Position numbers and translations under genes: made by a program
Assembly: GCA_014905635.1 (NCBI GenBank)
Contig: JABVCE010000004.1
Location: 930,001 to 994,000, forward strand
DNA from: Scenedesmus sp. PABB004
Lineage: Eukaryota
Direction of reading: 5' to 3'
Length of the DNA: 64,000 bases
Part shown: one piece after another, positions 13,198-24,974 of the stretch
Layout of the letters: every line of letters begins with the position of its first letter
Position numbering within the stretch: the stretch's first letter is position 1
Notes under the pieces: model-generated
The model's database searches: none
What the model was told of the DNA's origin: nothing
The model's input: only the letters and a program-made list of their open reading frames with translations

Positions 13198-14557
13198 ATG
13201 GAGCGCGCAACCCGGTCCTCCGCCGCGGCCTCCGGCGCCCCGCGTCGCTCGCAGCGCATCGCCTCGCGCCGCGCCTCCGCCGCCGCCGCGGGCGCCGCGG
13301 GCGCCGCGGGCGCCGCCGCTGCTGGCGCGCCGCCGGGCCCAGCGGCGCCCAGGGGCCGCAAGCGCAACGGCGCGCGCGCCGCCCGGCCCGCGGCGGCACT
13401 CGCCAAGAGGGCCCGCGCCGACGAGCCCCGAGCCAGCGGGCTGCTCGACCTGCTGCCGCTGCACATCCTCGACGCCGTGCTCGAGCTCTGCACGGCGCGC
13501 CAGCTCGCGATGCTCGAGACGACCTGCGCCTTCTTCCGCCGCGGCCGCATGCTCGAGAACATCGCCGAGGCGCGGCTCAAGGCCGTCCCGCGCGCCAAGG
13601 GCATGGAGCCCAACCCCAAGTGAGCGAGCGCGCCTGGCCGCGCACAGTCGCCTGGCCGCGCCGCCCGGCCGCGCCGCCGGCACTGACTGGTGCCGCCGCC
13701 GACCCCGCCCGACTGCCGCCGGCCGCAGGGCCTTTGAAAAGTACGCCTCGCTGCTCAACTTTGTTCTGGCGCAGTCCGCCGCGGCCGCGCAGGTGCGTGG
13801 TGCTCAGCGCGGGTGCGCGGTGCGCGCGCGACGCGTGCCGACGCGCCGCCGCCCCTCGCCCGCGCGCGCGCCAGGCCACCGCCATCGCGTTTGGGTCCAG
13901 CCACACCGCCGCGCTGCTCATCTCCAAGCTCGACGGCAACACCGGCCACCACTCGCTCTACACCTTTGGCCGGGGTGCGCTGCGGCCGCTGCGCCCTGCA
14001 GGGCAGCGCGCTCTGCCCGCCGCCCGTCCGCGCGCGCGGCACGCCGCCACAGCTGACCCGCCCCCCGCGCGCAGGCTTCTACGGCCAGCTGGGGCACGGC
14101 GACTACCTGCCGCAGCGCGAGCCCAAGCAGCTGTGCATCGGCTACCAGACGTCCGTGGTGCGGCCGCGCCACGCGGCACGCCCGCATGCGCTGCGCACCG
14201 CGCCGCGCCCGCGCCCACCCCGCCGCCTGCCCGCCGCCCGCGCGCCCGGCCGCGGCCGCACAGGAGCAGCCCGAGATGGAGGAGGAGATCACGCCCGCGG
14301 TGGTCGCGTGCGGCGACGAGTACTCCACCTCCATCACGCGCCGCGGCCAGCTGCTGACCTGGGGCCTGGGCAGCCGCGGCGAGCTGGGTCACGAGCTGCC
14401 CGCCGCGGGCGAGGTGCCGTACCCCATGCGCTCCCTGCTTAGCACGCGGCCCGCCGTCAGGATCGTGTCGGTCGCGTGCGGCAGCCACCACACGCTGGCC
14501 ATCTCGGTGCGCGCCGCGGCGCGCGCGGCCCGCTGCGGCGCCGCGCCGCACCTCACG

Positions 14558-14588
<31 letters not shown>

Positions 14589-15996
14589 AGGAGCTGGGCT
14601 GCGTGTGGAGCTGCGGCCGCAACGGCGACGGCCAGCTCGGCAACTCGACGCTGGCGGACGCGATGCAGCTGCAGCCCGTGGTCGGGATCAAGTGCGCCGC
14701 AGCTGCGGCCGGCTGGCCGCCTGCGCTGGCGCAGCCCTGTGGCCGCTCCCGCGCCGCCGCCAACCCGCACGTGCCCGCCGCCGCAGCCGCAACCACCGCA
14801 TCGTGTCGTGCGCGGCGGGCGTGTCGCACTCGCTGGCGCTTGCCTCCGACGGCTCGCTCTACACCTGGGGCAGCGGCCGGTACGGGCAGCTGGGGCACGT
14901 CAACCTGCAGGCGGTGCACCTCATGGTGCCGGCGCAGGCCCTCGTGCTGACCACGCCGCAGCGCATCGGCGCGCTGGACCCGGTCATGCTCAAGCCCTGG
15001 CGCCGGTGCGGCCGGCCCGCCGGCAGCCGCGCGCGTAGCCCTGCCCGCCGGCACGCCCACCGCGCGCGGCTGACGCCGCCGCTGCCCCCGCCGCCGCCCG
15101 CGTGCGCCGCGCCAGCGTGACGTCCATCGCGGCGGGCGGGCACCACTCGTGCGCCGTGACGGTCGGCGGCTCCATGCTCATGTTTGGCCGCAACAAGCAC
15201 GGCCAGCTGGGCATGGGCGACAACGAGAACCGGTGCGCATGCGCGCGCCGGCGCGGCGCGGCCGGCTGCCCGGCCGGCGCTGCGGCGCACGCCCTCACCC
15301 CTGCGCCGCGCGCACCGCCGCAGGTGGCGCCCGACCGAGGTGACCATGTCGGCGACGGAGCCCAGCGACAACTTCCGCAGCGTGCAGGTGGTGTGCGGGC
15401 TGCAGCACACGCTCGCGCTCATCGCGCACTTTGGCAAGATCCAGCCCTTCGCCTCGGGTGCGGGCCGAGTCCCGCCGGCCTGGTCGCGCTGCCCCGGCCG
15501 CGCTGCCGCCGCCGCCGCGCCCGCGGGCGGCCGCTCACGCCGCCGCCGCGCGGCGCGCGCAGGCGCCAACGTGTTTGGCCAGCTGGGCCTCGGGCACCAG
15601 GTCGCCGCCGCCCGCTTTGCGCCCGTCCCCAAGCTGCGCGACGCGCAGGTGGTGGCGCTGCAGGCGGGCAATCACTCCTCCGGCGCCGTCTGCGAGGACG
15701 GCACGGTCTTCCTCTGGGGCCGCAACGACCGCGGCCAGCTGGGCCTCGGCGGCAACACGGGCCGCTGGGCGCCGGCGCGCCTGGCCGGCTTCAAGGCGGT
15801 CCACCCCGACAAGACGCTGCGCAAGAGCAAGCGCACCGCGCCGCGCATGCGCCCCGCCGCACCGGCGGTGCCGCCGGCGGCGAGCGCGCCCAACAACCGC
15901 ATCAAGGTGCTCTTTGCCAAGCAGGAAGCGGCCGCCGTGGGCCAGGGCGGCGGCAAGGGCGCCGCGCCGTTCGTGGAGGCCGCGGCCGCCGAGTGA
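13198..15996 (+). CDS. RCC1-repeat (UVR8/HERC-like) protein with an N-terminal F-box-like motif
   Basis: LLDLLPLHILDAVLELCTARQLAMLETTCAFFR, then repeated V(A/S)CGxxH(S/T)...(W/F)GxxxxGQLG units. TGA at 15994-15996, TGTAA at 16366. Confidence 0.85.
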
Positions 15997-16012
15997 GCCA
16001 CCTGCACCCGCC

Positions 16013-16120
16013 ATTCAGCTGATCCAGTCCTGCTGCACCTCAGCGAGCCCTGCTGTACCTGATCCAGCCCTGCTGCACCTGATCGAGCCCCGCTGCACCT
16101 CAGCGAGCCCTGCTGCACCA
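16013..16120. repeat. ~20-bp minisatellite (CTGCTGCACCT-GATCCAGCC / -CAGCGAGCC) in the 3' UTR
   Basis: Five to six degenerate tandem units immediately after the RCC1-gene stop. Confidence 0.8.
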
Positions 16121-16705
16121 TCGCCTGAGCCGCGCCTCGTGCGCCGAGACTGCCTGCACTGCCTGTCCAGCCTGCATGCCCCATGCCCTGACCGGCTCCC
16201 TGACACGCCTGTGGGGCCGCGCACGCACGCCCACCCGACCCCTGCCTGCATGCCTGCACTGACTCCGCGCGCGCGCCGCGACGGCGCCGCCGGCCTGACC
16301 GCGCCACCTGCGTCGCCAGCTCGAGCTGCAGACAAACGCACGCGACCGCACGGCGCCCCCTCGGTTGTAAAAGCCCTACGGCAGCGGCTGCGCGGCGGCT
16401 GCGACGACCGTTGGCAGCTAAGCAGCGGCGGCGGCGGTCTGACGGCTGCGGCGGCTGCGGCGGCACGCCCCACAAGCAGCGCGGGCTCGGCCGGCCGGGG
16501 TTTGAACGTGGCTGAGCCCCGGCGCTCGGCTCGTCCTCCACGCAATCGTCCAGTCCACGCATCGTAGCATCCGATCCCGCGCCCGCTGTGCGGCGCTCCC
16601 GCTGCCGCCGCCTGGCCGCTGCTGCCCCCCAACCGCGCCCGCTCGACCCCGTCAGCCCGCTGCGCAGCGACCGGAGATCGCAGCGCCATGGGCTGAGGAC
16701 GACAG

Positions 16706-19156
16706 ATGCTGCCGGGCAGCCCACGGGTGGCCGGGCTGGCGCTGAGCAGCAGGGTGCTGCCGAAGCCGCTGCGCCAGCGCTGGCTCGGGTGCGTGCCGCA
16801 GCCGGGGCCGGCTGGACCGCGCCGGACGGTCGAGCAGCAGTCCGGCGAGCGGCGCCGCGCCCGCCGCGCCGCCCGCCGCAGGGCGCCGCGCTGGGCGCGC
16901 TGGGCGGCGGCCGCCGCCGTGCTGCTCGCGGGCCTCGCGGCGCTGCGGTGCGCGGCGTGGCTCGCCGGCGGCGCGCTCGCGCCGCGCGGCGCGCGCGCGC
17001 CGGCGCGCCCCGCGCCGGCCACGCGGCCGCTGCACCCGGGCAGCGCGCGCGACCACCTGCTGCTCTATGTGTTCAGCCCCACCGACCCGGAGTTCCTGGA
17101 GAACCTGCGGTTCTTTGTGTCAGAGGCGGTCGCCCGCGACACGCTGGCGGACCACGTGATCATCGTGCAGACCGGCGACGACCTCGAGGCGCGCGGCGGC
17201 GCCACGCGCACGCCGCGCGCCGTGCGGCGGAGGGCGGTCGCGTCTCCGCCGCGCTGCGTTCGCCCGTTGACCCCCGCTTTGCCGCGCCGCGCGCAGCGCG
17301 TCGCGCTGCCGGAGCTGCCGCCGCATGCCAAGTATGTCTACCACGCCAACGAGTGCTACGACTGGTGAGGCAGCGGCAGCGCAGCGGCGACCGCGGCGCA
17401 GCCCCCGACGCTGGCGAGCGGCGCCGCGCGCGGGCCGCGCACCCGCCGCGCCGCGCGCCCACCGCCGCCGCGGCGCGGCAGGGGCACGTACGGCTGGCTG
17501 CTGCTGAGCAGCGGCTACGTGGACGTGGCGCGGTACAAGTTCTTTTTCTTCGTCAACTCCAGCGTGCGGGGGCCATTCCTGCCGGCCTACGCCCGGGTGC
17601 GCGCCGCGGCGCCGGCGCCCGCGGCGCCAGCGCGCCAGCGGCGGCGGCGCGAGGCGCGAGGCGGGCGGCGGGCGCCGCGCCGTGCAGCGAGCGCCGTCGC
17701 CGCCGCCGCCGCCGCCGCCGCAGGGGCGCATGCACTGGATGTCGGCGTTCACGTCGCGCCTGAGCGGCAGCGTCAAGCTCGTGGGCAGCACCATCTCGTG
17801 CGAGGGCAGCCCGCTGCACGGCCAGCAGCGGGGCCGCTGGCGCCGCAACCCGCACGTGCAGTCGTACGCCGTCGCGACCGACCGGGTGCGCCCGCCGCGC
17901 CGGCCGCCCCGACGCCCCCCCCCCCCCCCCCCCGGGGGTCACGCCGCGGGCTCCTCCGCAGCCGCCGCCGCCGCCGCGCCGACCCGACGCGGCGCCGCGC
18001 GGGCGCGCAGGCGGGGCTCGACCTGCTGATCGCGGACCGCCGCGTGTTTGCGTGCCACCGCGACCGCTGGGACACGATCTTCTACAGCGAGCTCGGCAGC
18101 AGCAAGGCGGTGCTGGACGCCGGTGCGCGGCGCGGCGCGGCGGACGGCAGCGGCGGGACCAGAAAGCACAGGGCACGGCGGCGGCGCCCGGGCCCCGCGC
18201 CGGCCTAGCCGCCTGTGGCCTCACGCTGCGCCGCGCCGTGCCGCGCGCCAGGCTTCAACCTGGGCTGCCTGATGCTGCGATACCAGGGCGTGGACTGGCG
18301 CGACCGCGCCAACTGGGACTGCAACGCGCGGTGGGGCGACGCGGCTGCGCAGCGGCCGCCGGCGCCGATACCGCGCCCTGCGTGCCCGCGCCGTGCGCCC
18401 GCCGCGCACACCTGCTGTGACCCGCCCGCCCGCGCCGCGCGGCGCAGGCTGACGCCGACGAGCGAGTACAGCTGTGACGGCACGAGCCTGGACCCGCTGG
18501 AGGTGCTGTTTGTCAAGGTCAAGAGCTACATGCTGGCCAGCGACATCAGCTTCAGCAAGAAGGCCACGCGCTACCAGGCCTGGCAGGCGCAGGCGCGGCA
18601 GGCCGCGCGTCGCCCGCGCAGGCCGCGCGCTGCGCGGCGCCGCGCCGCCGCGGCCGCCGTGCGGCGGCCGCACGCGCCGAGACTCGCGCGCCGCCCCCGC
18701 GCCCTGCCCCCCCCCCCCCCCCGCCGCGCAGTCGGACGCGTGGGCGGCGGCGCCGGCCGGCGGCGGGCGCAACTTCAGCGCGCTGTCGCGCAACGAGTAC
18801 CTGGACCAGCTCCACCGCCACAAGGCGCCGCGCGTGCTCGAGGCGCGCGCGCGCGGCGCGGGGTGCTTTGACTTTGACTACTACGCCAAGGAAAACCCCG
18901 ACCTCCGCGCGCTCTGGGGCGACGCCACCGGCCTCTGGCGGCACTACGTCTACTACGGCCAGTTTGCGGCGCGCCCGCACAGGTCCGCGGCGCGGCGCGC
19001 GTGGCGCGTGTGGCGTGTGTGGCGTGTGAAGTGTGTGACGCGCGGCGGCCGCGTGCGAGCAGCGAGCGCGGCGAGCGCGGCCCGCTGCGCCGCCGCCGCC
19101 GCCGCAGGTGGACGTGCGCGGTCAACTGGACGCGCATCGCGCACTGGCCAGCCTGA
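16706..19156 (+). CDS. Type-II membrane putative glycosyltransferase (RgpF/rhamnan-synthesis-like) of unknown function
   Basis: N-terminal TM segment, NLRFFV, NECYDWGTYGW, FFFVNSSVRGPFLP, VKLVGSTISCE, PHVQSYAVATD, SELGSSKAVLDAGFNL, and C-terminal FDFDYYAKENPDL..HYVYYG. The gene model is solid; the function is tentative. Confidence 0.6.
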
Positions 19157-19679
19157 GCGCGCTCAGGGAGGGAGGGGCTGGGCGCGGGCTCCGGCGGCGC
19201 GTGGAGCGGACCACGCACGCGATCGCCAGGCAGGGGAGCGAGAGGGTGAGCGAGCGAGAGAGGCCGGGTGCTCGAGCGAGTGAGAGGGACGGCGCGAAAT
19301 GCTGTCATTAGGGGCCGGGGACGCGCGCGGCTCGGGCGCAGCTGCGACTGAGCTCGCGACGGCTGCACGCGGCGCGGCCGCGGTGCAAGCCGTCCGGCGC
19401 GTTGCCTCGCCCGCGCGGCCCGCCCGCCGCAACCGCCGCAGCCGCCGCAACTGCCCCTCGCCCCGGCCGCGCGTCGTGTACACGCACCGCGGCAATCGCC
19501 GCGGCGCCCGAGATCAAAATGGCCGGCAACGGGCGCGGGCCGCCCGGGCTCGCTCGCTCCGGATCCCTCCCCGCCGCGGCGCGCGCGCTGCGGCGCCGCT
19601 GCGCCGCCGCGCCGCCGCGCCGCGCCCGCCGCCAGCTGCAGCCGGCCGCGGCCGCGGCGCGTGTGCGAGCGCGCGTCGC

Positions 19680-22600
19680 TCAGGCGAGGTAGTTGTAGAC
19701 CTGGCTGTCTGACGCGCTGCGCTCGAGGAACTCGCGCTCGATGAGGTTGTCGATGCGGCGCTTGAGGTCGGCGTTGGTCAGCGCAAAGCGCAGCTGGCCC
19801 ATGACCTCGCCCACGAGCAGCTTGTGCCCGAGCGTCTTGCGCATCTTCATCACCCGCACGATCGCCGCGTCGATCGCGTGCTGCCGCTCCTGCACCACCT
19901 GCGCGGCAGGCGCGGCCGCGGCCGCGGGCGCGCCAGCAGCGGCGGCGGAGGAGGGGCGTGGCCGGGCGCGGCGCGGCGGCGGCCGCCCTTCGCAGCGCGG
20001 CGCCGTGCTGCCGAGCGCGCGGCGCGCGGCAGCGCGCGCGCGCCTCTGCGTTGGTCTTGGCGTTCTCCTCCTGCGTCTCCTTGAGCTGTATGTTGTTGAT
20101 CTTGATGCGGAAGAGCGGGTTGGAGAAGGCCGCGTTGTAGGAGAAGACGTCGTCGGGCCCGCACTCGGGGCCCTTGGGCGACTTGGTCAGCACGCGCACC
20201 TGGCAGCGCGGCGCGGCGCGGCGGCGCGGGCGCGCGTCGGGCGGCGGCGCGCAGCGCGCAGTGCGCAGCTCCGCTCCCGCCGCGCGCCGGCGCGCGCGTG
20301 CCAGGGGGCGCGCACCTTGCCGACGGAGAGGCTGAGCAGCGTGCGCTGGAGCTCGCGGTCGTCCTTGAGCCCCAGCTGCTCCTTGATGGCGGCATAGGTG
20401 AGCGCGTCGGCGTCGTTGAACAGCAGCAGCACCAGCGCCTGCGCGAGGCTCACGCTCAGCTCCTTGGCGCCCTTGGGGAACGCGCCGCGCAGCATCGCGG
20501 TGCTCAGGCTGTGCTGCCACACGAGCTGGCGGTACGTGGAGTAGTGCTTGCTGTAAAACTCCACAAACGACGCCTGCCAGCGCGCCAGCTCCTGCGGGAC
20601 GCAGGGCGGGGGGGGGGGGGGGCATGGGCGCGGGCGGGGACGCGTGGGCGCGGCGCGGCCGCAGGCGGCGCCCCCCTGCAGGAGCTGCGTGCGCGCGACG
20701 CACCGCCGGCAGGTTGAGCTCCAGCAGCGTCTGCGTGGGCCAGTGCGCCTGCGTGAGCACCGTGACCTGCACCTCCAGTCCGCCGGCGCCGCCGCCCGGC
20801 GCCGCGCTGCCGCCGGCGGCGCCGCTGCTGCTGCCCGCGCCCGCGCTCGCGTCGCCGCCCGCCGCCACCGCCGCTGCAGCGGCCGCCTGGCGGCCCTCCC
20901 TGCTGACGTGGCGCCGGAAGAGCTCCATGGTCTCGCTCGCGACGTCCATGTCCCTGCGCGGCCACGGCGGCACGAACCGTGAGCAGCACGCTCGTCGCCG
21001 CCGCCCCCGCCCGAGCCGCCGCAGCCGCCGGCCAACGCGCCGCCGCCGCCGCTGTCGCCGCGTCGTCCGGCGTCATGCCTGAACATGCCCTCGATGTTTG
21101 CCGTGAAGTTCCCGCCGCAGCTGGCCTTGAGCTTTGAGATCATGAGCTTCTCGGCGTCGAGGCTCGCGCTGCGGCCGAGCAGGAGGCGCTTGGCGAGGTC
21201 CTTCTTGTAAAAGGCCTCAAACACGTCCTTGCCCTGATGGTGTGCGGAGCGGCGCGTGAGCGCCGCGTGTGTGCGGTGGCGTGAGAGGGAGGCGGGCGGG
21301 CGGCGGCGCGCGCGCGCGCCGCACACAGCGCGCGCGGCGCACACAGCACACGCGACGCACACAGCGCACGCGCCTGTAGTAGGCCGAAGAGCACCAGCGC
21401 GCGGTCGAGCTCCGCCTCGAGCTCGCCCTCGCTCGTGCCCTTGCTCGCGCGCAGCCGCGCGTCCACGTACTTGGCGACGAGCTCGGCCGGCTTGTTCGCG
21501 CGCGCGTTGATCGCGGCGGTGAGGCCGCCCGACAGCAGCTCGCCAAACGCCGCCGCGCCGCCAAACGCGCCCGCCAGCACCTCGTTGAGCTGCGCCTTCA
21601 GGCCCAGCAGCCGCTCGACCATGGCCTTGTCCTGCAAGGCGCGGCGGCGAGATGGCGCGCATTGCTCGGGCGCGCGTGTGCGCGTGTTCGTGTGGCGCTC
21701 GGCCGCCGCGTGCTGGCATCAGCGCCGGCGCCCCAGGCTGCCTGCTCACGTTTGCCTCGTCCCGCACGATCGCGGTGCCGGTGGCCACGATGTAGGACCG
21801 CCACTCGGCGGCGAGCGCGTCGGTGCCCTTGACACGCGCGAGCAGGCCGTGCAGGCGCGCGAGGTCGGGCACCCTGGCGGCCGGGCACGGGCGCGAGCGG
21901 CGGCGCGGCGGCAGGGGCGGGGCGACGCGGACGGCGGCGCAGGGCAGCAAGGGTGAGGGCGGCAGGCAGGAGGCGAGTGGCGCTGGCGCGCCGCAGCCGC
22001 CGCCGCGCCCGACGCGCCGGCCGCCCTGCCCCGCCGCCGCCGCCGCCCCCGCCCGCCGCCCCCCACCCGCGCCCCGCCCCGGCCGCCGCCGCGCCCCGCG
22101 CCGCACCTGTGCGCGGCCATGAGGGGTCGGAAGCCCTTGGCCAGGATGGCGGCCGTGTGCTCCGCGAGCAGCTGCGCCTCCACCTCGGCCAGCAGCGGGC
22201 GGCGCGAGGCGGGGTCGAGGTAGTGCAGCACGCGCTCGCCCTCCTGGCCCAGCCGCGACTGCGCGGCGCGCGGCGCGGCGCGCGGGGCGGGCAGGGGCGT
22301 GCGTGGGCAGGGGCGCGCGGCGCCGCACACCGCGCGGCGCGGCGGGGCGCTGCAGGGCGCGTGGCGGCGGCGCGTGCGCGTGCGTGCGTGCGCGTGCGCG
22401 CGCGCCTCGACGTGGGTGAGGTAGTGCGGGACGTCGCTGCTCTCCATGAGGCGCAAGCCCTCGGCCCGGTAGAACGCGGCCGTCTCGGCCAGCAGGCGCG
22501 GGCTGAACGCGCTGCCATACAGGCCCAGGTCGCCTGCGCGAGGGAGGAGGGCAACAACCCGGGAGGGGAGGAGGGGGGGGGAGGGGGGGGGGAGGGCAGC

Positions 22601-23650
22601 GCGCTCGGCGCGGTGCGGGCGCGCGCGGGGCGCGGCGCGGCGCGGGGCGATGCGGCGCGGGGCAGCGCGGCGGCCGCACCCAGCATGCGTACGAGGCCCG
22701 CGAGCAGCTGCCGGTCGACCGCCTCGCCGCTGCGCTCGCGCTCGATCAGCTCCAGCAGCCCCCGCATGATGTGGCCCTCCACCTGGGTGGGTGACCCCCG
22801 CCCGGGCGGGCGGGTGAGCGGTGACGCGGCGCGCGGCACGCAGCTGCCGGCTGGTCGCGCAGCTGCCAGCTGCCGCGCGCACGCGCGCCGCGTGCGCGCC
22901 TTTGGGTGCGTCGCGAGGTGCGCGCGCAGGCTGGCGAGGCCGGTGTCGTAGAGGCCGCGCAGGCCGGGGAGGGCCATGACGTGCGTGCGGTCCAGGTAGA
23001 GGAAGATAGACCGAATGACCAGCATCTGGGCGCAGTGGTCCGCCCACACCGCCGCGACGGCCTCCAGGAACGCCGCCGGCGCGAGCGAGACCTGCGCGGC
23101 GAGGCCCGCGAGCTGCCGGCCGACGTGCGCGTCGCACTGCGCGGCGAGGCGCGCGTACACGCGCTCCTGCATCGCGTGCCGGCACAGGTCCTCCACCGCC
23201 TGGGCGCGGCGGCGCGGCGGCGCGGCAGGTCGGCGGCGCGTCCGCCGTGCTGCGCGCGCCGGGGGCAGCCGCGCCCCACGGCCGCGGCCGCGCGCTGCGC
23301 AGCACGCGCCGCTGGCGGCGGGCGCACCCGGTAGAGCTCCTCCAGGCTGGTGGCCACGGGCTGCTTCGCGTGCACCGCCGCGACCGCGGCCGAGAGCTTG
23401 GCCCACGTCTCCTCCTCAAAGTTGTCCGGCAGCTGTGGCTTGACTGCGGCGCACGTGGGCGGGGCCGGGACAGGGACGGGGCTGGGCGGGCGGCGGGGGC
23501 GGGGCGCCGGCGAGCAGCGGCGCGCACCGCCGCCGCGCAGCCGCGGGCGCCAGGCCGCGGCGCCTCACGCTTCAGCGGCTTCATGACCAGCTTTCGCGTG
23601 GTCGGCGCGCCATTCGGCGTGGCCGTGGCGCCCGGCGCGTTGATCTTCAT
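19680..23650 (-). CDS. CUL4: Cullin-4
   Basis: [115 protein letters not shown]. Confidence 0.96.
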
Positions 23651-24040
23651 GGCGCCAGGCCCGCTCTGTTGCCGGGCGATTTCTGGCCGGGCAGGCCGAC
23701 GCAGGGCCGTGGGCCGCCTCAGCCGGGCATGGCGCGTCTGGTGCCGCACGCCCGCGCTACTGGAGCGCCCAGATCAACGCGGGGGGCCGGCGCAGGCGAG
23801 CAGCGCGGGCGCGGCAGCGGCGGCGGCGCGGGCGCACGAGCTGGCTGCGGGGTGGCACGCGCTGCGGTGACGCTGTACGGGGGCAAAACGGGCGTGTGGG
23901 CGGCCGCGCGGCGATCGGGGAGGCAAGAAGGCGCGCGGCGCCAGAGCCGCGCGGCCACGAGCACCGGCGGACGACCCCCGCGCGCGCCGGCATGCGCCGC
24001 CACAGCGCCCGCCGCCATGGACCGCTGAGCCTCGCGCGCC

Positions 24041-24808
24041 ATGTCCCCGCTGGACCTGCAGAACCTGCTGTCGCGCCGCACGCTCGAAGTGCGCCGCGCT
24101 GCTCGCGCGCCGCGCTGCTCGCGCGCCGCGCTGCTCGCGCGCCGCGCTGCTCGCCGCCGGCGCCGCCAGGCGCGCCGCGGCGCGGGGCAGGCCCGCGTCC
24201 GCGTTTAAGCACTGTGCGACTGGCCCACCGCGACCCCGCGCTGGCCCGTGCGTGCCCGCAGCGCGTGAAGTGGGCCATCTTCATCACGGTGCCCGTCTGG
24301 TTCGGCTACGGCTTTGCGCGCAACCCCGACAACCTCGAGTGGGTGAAGCGAGTGGTGCGTCGCCGCGCAATCGGGCCCACCAGCGCGGCGCGCGGGCGCG
24401 CGAGCGCGCGGCGGGGCCCGCGCGCTGCCTGGCGGGCGCTGCCCGTCGCAGCCGGCCCCACGCACGGCGCGGCGGACTCCGCACAGGCGGCCCGCGCCGC
24501 CGCAGCAGCTCCCTGCGCGCGCGGCCGCGCCCGCGGCGGCGCCCGGCGGCGGCGGCGCCGCGGCGAGCTGCAGCGCGCGACCTGCTGCAGCGCGCGCCGC
24601 CCACGCGCGCTGCCCGGCCGCCGCCGCCCGGCCGCCGCCGCCCGGCCGCCGCCGCCCGCAGTTCCCCACCGCTGCGTCCGACCCCCAGCCGCACGGCGCG
24701 CGGGAGCTGCAGACGCTGCACGACGCGCTCGCGCAGCACGAGCTCGAGCAGCGCATCGAGCACGCGCTCGAGGAGCTGCGCAAGAAGAAGGAGCGCGCCG
24801 GCAAGTGA
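24041..24808 (+). CDS. Small 3-exon membrane protein, PET100-like (cytochrome c oxidase assembly)
   Basis: MSPLDLQNLLSRRTLE/RVKWAIFITVPVWFGYGFARNPDNLEWVKRV/FPTAASDP...EELRKKKERAGK*. The LE-x-x-K-x-A-I-x-x-T-x-P-V TM motif plus charged helix resembles PET100. Confidence 0.6.
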
Positions 24809-24974
24809 CGGCGGCGCCGCAGCTTGCAACAACAACAGCAGCAGCAGCCGCAGCAGCACCACCAGGTGCGGGCGCGAGCCGCGGCGCGGGCGCGGGCGGG
24901 GCGCAGGCGCGGCGGGCGCGGGCCGCGGCACGACCAGCGCCCGCCGCCCCGCCCGCGCAGCAGGGCGGCCCGGC

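Noticed and set aside
16013..16120. Regularly spaced ~11-bp repeats resembling a mini CRISPR array
   Set aside because: The intervening sequences are themselves repeated and only ~9 bp, there are no cas genes, and the context is a eukaryotic 3' UTR. It is a minisatellite.
24017..24043. In-frame TGA as selenocysteine or stop-codon reassignment
   Set aside because: No SECIS is recognisable, the extension would add only 8 unremarkable residues, and TGA, TAA and TAG all act as normal stops in this window.
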